A stretch of 64,000 nucleotides of DNA from Flavobacterium sp. (GCF_021151785.1 NZ_JAGKWP010000001.1:337-64336); one strand, 5' to 3'; positions 1-7,766 are shown, numbered from the stretch's first letter. Translations and numbers: made by a program. Notes: generated from the letters alone by a model not told the origin.

Positions 1-17
1 ATAATTAAATTATCTGT

Positions 18-674
18 TTGAAATATTTAAACATCATGCTTGAGAATCGTTTTATAAATGAATTATTATTAAAAATTGGAGCTAATCGTAATATAATAAA
101 AGTTCCTGTATTAATTGATTCCCAAGCAACTATAGACAATTGCTTTCCTAACGTTTTGGAAAAAATAAAAAGAGATGGAGGTTCAATAATTCACGGTTGG
201 ACAATTCATACTTTTCCTTATATATATGAAGCGGAAAGACATACTGTATGGAAATCAGAAAATAATGAATTAATTGACATAACTCCTAAAAAAATACCTT
301 ATAACCAAATCTTATTTGTTCCTGATAACGATAATACTTGGAACTACACAGGCGAATATATAGATAACATTAGAATAAATATAACTACGAATAGTGTTGT
401 TGACGATTACATTATTTTAAATGAAACAATATCCAAGTTATTCCAAACAGGAAAGCGTAATTTGAATGGTGAATTAATGGTTACTAAACAAATTAATAAT
501 GCTATCGAAATTTTGCAAAGATGGAAAAAAGAACATGAAAAATTTATGTATTCAAATGGAACAATTGATTCATTATGTTATTGTTGTAAAAAGAAACCAT
601 ATAAATTATGTATAGGTTTAAAATTAAGGGGTGAAATGCAATTTATTCTTGAAAATATTAGACAAAAAGCATAA
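18..674 (+). CDS. Cassette gene 0: hypothetical protein with C-terminal SEC-C-like Cys cluster (start may be ATG at 36)
   Basis: 218-aa ORF; C-terminal DSLCYCCKKKPYKLC resembles the SEC-C zinc motif; stop is followed by GCTAAC and the repeated module. Confidence 0.75.
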   Translation: MKYLNIMLENRFINELLLKIGANRNIIKVPVLIDSQATIDNCFPNVLEKIKRDGGSIIHGWTIHTFPYIYEAERHTVWKSENNELIDITPKKIPYNQILFVPDNDNTWNYTGEYIDNIRINITTNSVVDDYIILNETISKLFQTGKRNLNGELMVTKQINNAIEILQRWKKEHEKFMYSNGTIDSLCYCCKKKPYKLCIGLKLRGEMQFILENIRQKA

Positions 675-750
675 AATGCCAGCTGCTAACACAGGTAGCT
701 GTTGCACAACTATCATTTTTTAAAAACAAGCCACAAAAAGTATATATTTC

Positions 751-790
751 AACCTCTTTTAAAGCAATTTAAAAGAGGTTTATTTTTTAG
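751..790 (+). terminator. Intrinsic terminator inside module copy 1
   Basis: Perfect 13-bp stem AACCTCTTTTAAA-gcaa-TTTAAAAGAGGTT (751-780) followed by TATTTTTT. Confidence 0.8.
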
Positions 791-973
791 TTGTAATTCA
801 AATGTAAAAATTTAAATAGCTTACCATCGCGTTTTTGAAGGCTGAAAAGGCTTGTTTTATGATTGTTGCAGGCATTTGCTAAAAGACTCTTTGTGGCTTA
901 ATAGCCCCAACAACTCTAATTTATACACAAGTTAATACCAATAGCTCAGAAAACAAAAAAAGCCTCTTGATGA

Positions 974-1003
974 TTTGTAAGAATAAAAAAAATACTATAT
1001 TTG
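974..1003 (+). promoter_or_regulatory. Bacteroidota housekeeping-sigma promoter in module copy 1, pointing into the next cassette
   Basis: TTTG (974-977), 18 nt, TATATTTG (996-1003) matches the -33 TTTG / -7 TAnnTTTG consensus. Confidence 0.7.
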
Positions 1004-1008
1004 ATAAA

Positions 1009-1089
1009 CGCTACTTTATAGCGCATATACATCCAAAATTGGGTAGATTAGCGATATAATGTAGCGCATATAAACAAGTTGTATGTAAT
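1009..1089 (+). other. attI-like recombination site, copy 1
   Basis: TAGCGCATATA direct repeats at 1019 and 1062, a 1-nt-shorter copy at 1049, IR CGCTACTTTATA/TATAATGTAGCG; ends TAAACAA-GTT (GTT 1078-1080). Confidence 0.55.
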
Positions 1090-1130
1090 TGCACCGCAGA
1101 ACCAGAATAATTAACCTTAAAAAAAACAAA

Positions 1131-1766
1131 ATGTATCTTAAAAGTAAAAAAATGACAACTTTATTTAAAGAACAAAGACTTTCTGAATATCTGAACAATA
1201 TTGAAATAACTTTGAAAAATAAAATAGACAGATATAATGATTTCACTTTAATTAATCTCGATGTTGAAAAAGAAAGTGAAAAACTTATCAAAGAGTTACA
1301 ATTATTTGTTCCCAGATTAATTAAAGAGGATACAACAACTTCAATAAATAAGGAAAAAATTGATGGTCGTCAATTACCGTCAGGTACATATTTTACACCA
1401 GGAAAATTAATTGAAATTGAAATAGCTAATTATAACATTCCTACTTCGGGGAATAATGTTTTTTTTAAGTGTGCTCCCAATGGATTTAATGCAATGGAAA
1501 TAAATGTTGAATTAAATATTCACGATATGAATATTAAACTTACTAATTACTCAACGATAACAGGTAACGATGAAGCAATTGAAGGTTTGAAAAATCTATT
1601 GTTGAAATATATAGAGATAATTGAAAAATATCTTTTAACAATAAAAAATGAAGTTGACGAATTTATACCAATACTAAAAGCCAAACTAGTTAAGTATTTA
1701 ACTGAAAAAAAAGAAAAAGCTATTTTGAAAGACGAAACTAAAGATAAATTAAATCCGTTTAAATAA
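1131..1766 (+). CDS. Cassette gene 1: hypothetical protein (start ATG 1131 or 1152)
   Basis: Open frame 1089-1766, bracketed by GTTGTATGT (1078) and ACATACAAC (ends 1781). Confidence 0.75.
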   Translation: MYLKSKKMTTLFKEQRLSEYLNNIEITLKNKIDRYNDFTLINLDVEKESEKLIKELQLFVPRLIKEDTTTSINKEKIDGRQLPSGTYFTPGKLIEIEIANYNIPTSGNNVFFKCAPNGFNAMEINVELNIHDMNIKLTNYSTITGNDEAIEGLKNLLLKYIEIIEKYLLTIKNEVDEFIPILKAKLVKYLTEKKEKAILKDETKDKLNPFK

Positions 1767-1772
1767 GCAACT

Positions 1773-1910
1773 ACATACAACACTTGCTATAAGAGATTTG
1801 GGCATTTGGCTTAATTTAAAAATGGTCTTGTATTTGGGAAGTTTAGGCAAATCCGAAAATAAGGCTTAATTTAGTCCCAAACCTCTTGTAGCAAGGGAAC
1901 GTTACCAGCA
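1773..1910 (+). other. attC-like hairpin recombination site
   Basis: AAC (1779-1781), arm CTTGCTATAAGAGATTTGGG (1783-1802), arm CCCAAACCTCTTGTAGCAAG (1876-1895; 18/20 complementary), GTT (1901-1903). Confidence 0.8.
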
Positions 1911-1931
1911 ATTTTAAATCAAAAATCATCT

Positions 1932-2540
1932 ATGAAACTAAAAATCAGAATTTTATTCGCCTTCGTAATAATGACAAATTTTGTATTTGCTCAAAATGTT
2001 AAAATGACAAACAACTACGGAAGTGAAAATAAAGAAATTCAAGACTTAATAGATTTTGAAAATATTTATATTGAGCAACTAAATTTTGAAAGTGAAAATC
2101 TAAGAGGTAGATATTACCAAATAAATCTCGAAGAATATAAAAATGGAAAACAAATAAAAACTTATACTCTTTTTGACGGTTCAGAAACTGAATATTTTAA
2201 AATTGACTCTGACAAAGAATCACTTAAATTCTTTTTCAAATTGAGCGACGGAAAATTGAAAACATATATCAGAGGAAAAAAATTCGGAAGTAAAAAATCG
2301 TATTTCAAATTAAATAGCGATTCAGATAAATACGCACTTAAAGATTTTTTTGGAAGTAAAAAAGAATTGAATATTGACCTAAAGAAAAAAAATGCTGTAT
2401 TTGCGATAATAACACCGACAATTCACGAGGACGGTTCAGGTTCTTATTGTGAAGTTGCACAATCAGAAATAGCACCGGAAAAATTGGGCGAACACTTTAA
2501 AATTCCACACTATTTTTTAATCACAATAACATTCAAATAA
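1932..2540 (+). CDS. Cassette gene 2: exported hypothetical protein
   Basis: 202 aa; signal peptide ending FVFA-Q; bracketed by GTTACCAGCA (1901-1910) and its exact reverse complement TGCTGGTAAC (2547-2556). Confidence 0.85.
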   Translation: MKLKIRILFAFVIMTNFVFAQNVKMTNNYGSENKEIQDLIDFENIYIEQLNFESENLRGRYYQINLEEYKNGKQIKTYTLFDGSETEYFKIDSDKESLKFFFKLSDGKLKTYIRGKKFGSKKSYFKLNSDSDKYALKDFFGSKKELNIDLKKKNAVFAIITPTIHEDGSGSYCEVAQSEIAPEKLGEHFKIPHYFLITITFK

Positions 2541-2616
2541 AAAAACTGCTGGTAACAGTGGTAACTGTTGCACAACTATCATTTTTTAAAAATAAACTAT
2601 AAAAAGTATAAATTTC

Positions 2617-2656
2617 AACCTCTTTTAAAGTAATTTAAGAGAGGTTTATTTTTTAG
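2617..2656 (+). terminator. Intrinsic terminator inside module copy 2
   Basis: Same stem as 751-780 with one mismatch (2617-2646), then a T-rich tract. Confidence 0.75.
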
Positions 2657-2840
2657 TTGTGGTTTATAATTCTAAATTTTGAATGGCTTACCATCGCGTT
2701 TTTGAAGGCTGAAAAGCCTTGTTTTATGATTGTTGCAGGCATTTGCTAAAAGACTCTTTGTGGCTTAATAGCCCCAACAACTTTGATTTATACACAAGTT
2801 AATACCAATAGCTCAGAAAAACAAAAAGCCCATTTGATGA

Positions 2841-2870
2841 TTTGTAGGAATAAAAAAAATACTATATTTG
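2841..2870 (+). promoter_or_regulatory. Bacteroidota promoter in module copy 2
   Basis: TTTG (2841-2844), 18 nt, TATATTTG (2863-2870). Confidence 0.7.
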
Positions 2871-2875
2871 ATAAA

Positions 2876-2959
2876 CGCTACTTTATAGCGCATATCCACC
2901 CAAAATTGGGTAGATTAGCGATATAATGTAGCGCATATAAACAAGTCAGCTGTAATACT
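2876..2959 (+). other. attI-like recombination site, copy 2 (core GTC instead of GTT)
   Basis: Same repeats as 1009-1080; ends TAAACAA-GTC (2945-2947). Confidence 0.5.
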
Positions 2960-2976
2960 ACAAAAAACGACTTAAA

Positions 2977-3594
2977 ATGAAAACAAAACTTATAATAATA
3001 TCTTTTTTATTTTTAGCAAAACTGAGTGCACAAACTAAATTCAAAGTTGAACAGAAAGAAACTGAAACTTGGAGAAGTGTGTATTTACTTATTGATGAAA
3101 AAAATAATTTAATAAAAGTGTTAGATTCATCAAAATATTACATAACATTCAACTTTGATAATTATGGATATTTTGCAGTATTTGGAAAAAAAGGAAATCC
3201 TGGTTGGACTGCAATTGATGCAAAAGAAAATATATTATTTCAAGTCTACAATACAAGTATTGGTGAACCAAGTCCAGATTATTTAATTGAAAACAAAATT
3301 AGAATAATTGATGACGAAAATAAAATTGGATTTGCAAACGAAAAAGGTCAAATAGTTATAAAACCTCAATTTGAATTTGTGACTTCATTTCATAATGGAA
3401 AAGCAATAATAGGAGAAAAGTGTAAAAAAGTTCCTTGGAAAGAACACGCAAAAGAAGAAGATTGCCAACATTACTCTATTATTTGCGAAAATTTCGGATA
3501 TATAAATGAAAAAGGAGAAATTTTAAAACTTGGAAATTATTCGTTTGAAGAAATAAAGAAAGAAATTGATTGGAAAGCAGACGAAATAGAATAA
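2977..3594 (+). CDS. Cassette gene 3: exported WG-repeat protein
   Basis: Signal peptide ending LSA-Q; WG-type repeats KIGFANEKGQIVIKPQF and FGYINEKGEI; bracketed by GTCAGCTGTAATACT (2945-2959) and AGTACTACAGCTAAC (3597-3611), 13/15 complementary. Confidence 0.85.
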   Translation: MKTKLIIISFLFLAKLSAQTKFKVEQKETETWRSVYLLIDEKNNLIKVLDSSKYYITFNFDNYGYFAVFGKKGNPGWTAIDAKENILFQVYNTSIGEPSPDYLIENKIRIIDDENKIGFANEKGQIVIKPQFEFVTSFHNGKAIIGEKCKKVPWKEHAKEEDCQHYSIICENFGYINEKGEILKLGNYSFEEIKKEIDWKADEIE

Positions 3595-3605
3595 AAAGTA
3601 CTACA

Positions 3606-3715
3606 GCTAACAGCAGTAGCTGTTGCACAACCATCATATTTTAAAAACAAGCCACAAAAAGTATAAATTTCAACCTCTTTTAAAGCAATTTAAAAGAGGT
3701 TTGTTTTTTAGTTGT
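3606..3715 (+). repeat. Truncated module copy 3 (left end and terminator only), closing the array
   Basis: Matches 685-794, including the perfect hairpin at 3672-3701, then diverges. Confidence 0.9.
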
Positions 3716-3798
3716 TTAAGTAATTTGCTTCAAAGTGTTTTAACCAAAACAGTCTGTTTTTTCCCAAAATAAATGCGCTCAATAAGGACGTCTATGTT

Positions 3799-3806
3799 TA
3801 ATTTTG
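3799..3806 (+). promoter_or_regulatory. Candidate -7 promoter element for sdhCAB
   Basis: TAATTTTG fits TAnnTTTG, ~145 nt upstream of the sdhC ATG. Confidence 0.4.
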
Positions 3807-3950
3807 TTCGGGTAGTAGCGTGGAGCACCAAGAACAAAGGTTAAATTCATTTAAAATCATTATAAATTAAGTTTCAAAGGTTGTATGTTCTACATATAAC
3901 CTTTATTTTTGCTTGAATTTATATATTTCAAATTAACAATAACTATAATT

Positions 3951-4880
3951 ATGGCAAAATCAGCATTTTTAAAGTCATCTATCGCAAAAAAATATTGGAT
4001 GGCATTGACAGGATTGTTCTTGTGCTTGTTTTTGGTTGGTCACTTATTAGGAAACTTACAATTGTTAGCAGGAAGAACTACTGAAGCTGCACTACAATTT
4101 AATAAGTATGCTTTGTTTATGACCTCAAATCCTGCAGTTAAGGTCCTTTCTTATTTAACTTACATTTCAATTCTTTTCCATGCTATTGATGGTATCGCTT
4201 TAGCAATTCAAAACAAAAAAGCTAGACCAGTAAATTATGCTTACAAAAATGATAGCGTGAGCAGTTCGTTTTCTTCAAGAAATATGGCTGTTTTAGGTAC
4301 TTTAGTTTTAGTATTCATCGCTACTCACATGGTTAATTTCTGGGCAAAAATGCACTTTGATAAAAAGATGCCTTTGCAAACCATTACTGCTGAAAACATG
4401 GGGCAAAAAATTGATTTTTACATTTCAACTAACAATGGTTTAGCTGGAAATGATCCCTTTTTAGGTAAGTTTATACCAGCTTCTGCGGTTGATGGGAAAT
4501 ACTATTTTGTTGAAGGAAATTCGATTTATTTAAACAGAGAGTTTAAAGATGTTAATGATGGCAACAAAGTGAAAAAAGAGAAAATTAAAATTGCGGAAGG
4601 GTACAAAGATTTACACAAAATCACTATTGAATTTTTCAAAAGTCAAGGTAAATTATTTGGAGCTATTCCTAATGAGGGCTTATTATTCACTATTTTTTAT
4701 GTGTTTTCAATGGCCGTTTTAGGATTCCATTTATGGCATGGTTTCCAAAGTGCTTTCCAATCTTTAGGAATAAATAACAGATTTACTCCAGCCATTCAAT
4801 TGTTTGGTAAAGCTTTCTCTGTGCTTGTTCCTCTTTTATTTGCAATTATTCCAGTTTACATTCACTTTATATTAAAATAA
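3951..4880 (+). CDS. sdhC: Succinate dehydrogenase cytochrome b subunit
   Basis: KKYWMALTGLFL, GHLLGN, FHLWHGFQSAFQSLG motifs; first gene of the sdhCAB cluster; ATG at 3951 preferred over TTG at 3909. Confidence 0.93.
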   Translation: MAKSAFLKSSIAKKYWMALTGLFLCLFLVGHLLGNLQLLAGRTTEAALQFNKYALFMTSNPAVKVLSYLTYISILFHAIDGIALAIQNKKARPVNYAYKNDSVSSSFSSRNMAVLGTLVLVFIATHMVNFWAKMHFDKKMPLQTITAENMGQKIDFYISTNNGLAGNDPFLGKFIPASAVDGKYYFVEGNSIYLNREFKDVNDGNKVKKEKIKIAEGYKDLHKITIEFFKSQGKLFGAIPNEGLLFTIFYVFSMAVLGFHLWHGFQSAFQSLGINNRFTPAIQLFGKAFSVLVPLLFAIIPVYIHFILK

Positions 4881-4886
4881 AAACAT

Positions 4887-6896
4887 ATGGCATTAGATTC
4901 TAAAATACCTCAAGGTCATATTTCTGAAAAATGGACCAACCACAAGAATCATTTAAAGTTGGTTGCTCCAAATAATAGACCAAAAATCGACGTAATCGTT
5001 GTAGGTACAGGTTTGGCTGGTGCTTCAGCTGCTGCATCTCTTGGAGAGATGGGGTATAACGTAAAAGCGTTTTGTTTTCAAGATTCTCCTCGTAGAGCAC
5101 ACTCTATTGCAGCTCAAGGGGGTATTAACGCAGCAAAGAACTATCAAAATGATGGAGACAGTATATATAGATTATTCTACGATACAATTAAAGGTGGTGA
5201 CTACCGCGCACGTGAAGCAAACGTTCACCGTTTAGCAGAAGTTTCAGGTAACATCATTGATCAATGTGTAGCGCAAGGTGTTCCATTCGCTCGTGAATAT
5301 GGAGGTTTGTTAGACAACCGTTCATTTGGAGGAACTCAGGTACAGCGTACTTTTTATGCTGCTGGTCAAACAGGACAACAGTTGTTGTTAGGAGCTTACT
5401 CAGCTTTGTCTAGACAAATTGGTTTAGGACGTGTAAAAATGTACAACCGTCACGAAATGTTAGACATCGTTAAAGTAGATGGTAAAGCTCGTGGTATTAT
5501 TGCTCGTAACTTGATTACTGGTGAATTAGAAAGACATTCTGCTCACGCTGTAATTATTGCTTCTGGAGGATATGGAAATGTTTATTTCTTATCAACAAAT
5601 GCAATGGGAAGTAATGTTACTGCAGCATGGAAAATCCACAAAAAAGGAGCTTATTTTGCTAACCCTTGTTTTGTGCAAATTCACCCAACTTGTATTCCTG
5701 TTCACGGAACAAATCAGTCTAAATTAACATTGATGTCTGAATCTTTACGTAATTCAGGACGTATTTGGGTTCCAAAGAAAAAAGAAGATGCAGAAGCAAT
5801 CAGAGCTGGTAAATTAAAACCAACTCAAATTGCGGAAGAAGAAAGAGATTATTTCTTAGAAAGAAGATATCCTGCTTTTGGTAACTTAGTTCCACGTGAC
5901 GTTGCTTCTCGTGCAGCAAAAGAGCGTTGTGATGCTGGTTTCGGAATTGAAGCTAATGATACTAACGAAGGTGTATATTTAGATTTCTCTACAGAAATTA
6001 AAAATAAAGGAAAACAAACTGCTTACGCACAAGGAAATCACAATCCTTCTGAAGCTGAAATCATCGCATTAGGAAAAAAATGGGTAGAAGAAAAATATGG
6101 TAACTTATTCCAAATGTATGAAAAAATTACAGCGGAAAATCCATATGAAACTCCAATGAAGATTTACCCAGCGGTTCACTATACGATGGGTGGTGTATGG
6201 GTTGATTACAACTTAATGTCAACTATTCCAGGTTGTTTCGTAGCAGGAGAGGCTAATTTCTCTGATCACGGAGCTAACCGTTTAGGAGCTTCTGCATTAA
6301 TGCAAGGTTTAGCAGATGGTTATTTTGTATTACCTTATACCATTTCAAATTATTTAGCAGATGAGATTAGAACAGGTAAAATATCTACAGATTTACCAGA
6401 GTTCGTTGATGCTGAAAATGAAGTTCGTCAATCAATTGATCGTTTCTTAAATAATAATGGAACGAAATCCGTAGATCATTTCCACAAACGTTTAGGTCAC
6501 ATCATGTGGAATAAAGTGGGTATGGCTCGTAATGAACAAGGTTTAACACAAGCAATTAATGAAATTGCTGAATTAAGAGAGGAATTCTACAAAGATGTAT
6601 TTGTTCCTGGTTCTGCCAACGAATTAAATCCTGAGTTGGAGAAAGCATTACGTGTTGCTGATTTCTTAGAGTTAGGACAATTGATGGCTAAAGATGCTTT
6701 ATTAAGAAAAGAATCTTGTGGTGGACATTTCCGCGAAGAATATCAAGATGCAGAAGGAGAAACATTACGTGATGATGACAACTTCTCTTATGTAGCAGCT
6801 TGGGAATATCAAGGAAGTGATGCAGGAAAATCAGTACTTCATAAAGAAGAATTGAAATACGAATTCATTAAAATTGCAGCTAGAAATTATAAATAG
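4887..6896 (+). CDS. sdhA: Succinate dehydrogenase/fumarate reductase flavoprotein subunit
   Basis: GTGLAG FAD motif, [30 protein letters not shown]. Confidence 0.97.
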   Translation: MALDSKIPQGHISEKWTNHKNHLKLVAPNNRPKIDVIVVGTGLAGASAAASLGEMGYNVKAFCFQDSPRRAHSIAAQGGINAAKNYQNDGDSIYRLFYDTIKGGDYRAREANVHRLAEVSGNIIDQCVAQGVPFAREYGGLLDNRSFGGTQVQRTFYAAGQTGQQLLLGAYSALSRQIGLGRVKMYNRHEMLDIVKVDGKARGIIARNLITGELERHSAHAVIIASGGYGNVYFLSTNAMGSNVTAAWKIHKKGAYFANPCFVQIHPTCIPVHGTNQSKLTLMSESLRNSGRIWVPKKKEDAEAIRAGKLKPTQIAEEERDYFLERRYPAFGNLVPRDVASRAAKERCDAGFGIEANDTNEGVYLDFSTEIKNKGKQTAYAQGNHNPSEAEIIALGKKWVEEKYGNLFQMYEKITAENPYETPMKIYPAVHYTMGGVWVDYNLMSTIPGCFVAGEANFSDHGANRLGASALMQGLADGYFVLPYTISNYLADEIRTGKISTDLPEFVDAENEVRQSIDRFLNNNGTKSVDHFHKRLGHIMWNKVGMARNEQGLTQAINEIAELREEFYKDVFVPGSANELNPELEKALRVADFLELGQLMAKDALLRKESCGGHFREEYQDAEGETLRDDDNFSYVAAWEYQGSDAGKSVLHKEELKYEFIKIAARNYK

Positions 6897-6971
6897 TCAT
6901 TAGTATGTAGTGAATAGTAATTAGTCCATTTTAGAAAAACTAATCACTTGTTACTTATCACTAATCACTTA
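6894..6971. repeat. 7-nt-periodic imperfect inverted repeat between sdhA and sdhB
   Basis: TAGTcat TAGTatg TAGTgaa TAGTaat TAGT ... ACTAatc ACTTgtt ACTTatc ACTAatc ACTTa. Confidence 0.75.
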
Positions 6972-6984
6972 AAAAAATAAAATT

Positions 6985-7743
6985 ATGGCATCAAAAAGTA
7001 TCAATATTAAATTAAAAGTTTGGCGTCAAAAAAGCGGTCAAACGCAAGGTAAATTAGAAGATTATACCTTAAATAACGTTTCTACTGACAGTTCGTTTTT
7101 AGAAATGATGGACCAATTGAACGAACAATTGGTTAACGAAAGAAAAGAACCCGTAGCCTTTGACCACGATTGTCGTGAAGGTATTTGTGGAATGTGTTCG
7201 ATGTTTATTAACGGTAGAGCACACGGACCAGATACTGGAATTACAACTTGTCAATTACACATGCGTTCTTTCAAAGATGGGGAAACTATTTATGTAGAAC
7301 CATGGAGAAGTAAAGCTTTTCCAGTAATCAAAGACTTAGTTGTTGATAGAAGTTCATTTGATAGAATTCAACAAGCAGGTGGTTTTGTGTCTGTTAATAC
7401 TTCAGGAAATACTATTGACGCCAATGCTATTCCTGTTCCTAAATCAGATGCAGACAAAGCTTTTGAAGCAGCAGCATGTATTGGATGTGGTGCTTGTGTG
7501 GCTACATGTAAAAATGGTTCAGCGATGTTATTTGTTGGAGCAAAAGTTTCTCAGTATGCTTTACTACCTCAAGGTAAAGTGGAGGCAACTCAACGTGTAT
7601 TAAACATGGTACGTCAAATGGATGAAGAAGGTTTCGGAAATTGTACCAATACTGGTGCTTGTGAAGTGGAATGTCCTAAAGGCATCTCTCTTGAGAATAT
7701 TGCTAGAATGAATAGAGAATATTTAAAAGCATCATTAAAATAA
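6985..7743 (+). CDS. sdhB: Succinate dehydrogenase iron-sulfur subunit
   Basis: [16 protein letters not shown] and [12 protein letters not shown] Fe-S motifs. Confidence 0.97.
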   Translation: MASKSINIKLKVWRQKSGQTQGKLEDYTLNNVSTDSSFLEMMDQLNEQLVNERKEPVAFDHDCREGICGMCSMFINGRAHGPDTGITTCQLHMRSFKDGETIYVEPWRSKAFPVIKDLVVDRSSFDRIQQAGGFVSVNTSGNTIDANAIPVPKSDADKAFEAAACIGCGACVATCKNGSAMLFVGAKVSQYALLPQGKVEATQRVLNMVRQMDEEGFGNCTNTGACEVECPKGISLENIARMNREYLKASLK

Positions 7744-7766
7744 AACAATCTGTTTTTATATTTTTG

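Larger units (their letters stand above)
685..1080 (+). repeat. Long inter-cassette module, copy 1 (~393 bp from AAC 688 to GTT 1080)
   Basis: Near-identical to 2551-2947 (e.g. 851-915 is identical to 2718-2782, 65 bp); first ~110 bp recur at 3606-3715. Confidence 0.95.
2551..2947 (+). repeat. Long inter-cassette module, copy 2 (~394 bp)
   Basis: Aligns end to end with 685-1080 at an offset of 1866-1867. Confidence 0.95.

Noticed and set aside
798-875. Antisense mini-ORF MPATIIKQAFSAFKNAMV... (25 aa; 29 aa at 2653-2742)
   Set aside because: Conservation is explained by the DNA repeat itself, the C-termini and stops differ, and there is no independent coding signal.
685-1080. Long module as an insertion sequence or MITE
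   Set aside because: No terminal inverted repeats belonging to the module, no target-site duplication and no transposase; the flanking IRs belong to the cassettes.
1009-1080. SAM-II riboswitch (shares AATGTAGC)
   Set aside because: The rest of the SAM-II consensus is absent and the downstream genes are unrelated to sulfur metabolism.
1016-1783. Minus-strand ORFs 1016-1291 and 1547-1783
   Set aside because: Antisense shadows of cassette gene 1 with no recognisable motifs.
685-3715. CRISPR array interpretation of the repeats
   Set aside because: Repeats are 110-394 bp and separate whole genes; there are no 25-45-bp repeat/spacer units and no cas genes.
4370-4610. Long soluble loop in SdhC as a novel insertion
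   Set aside because: From memory, flavobacterial SdhC proteins commonly have a variable loop here; nothing marks it as mobile.
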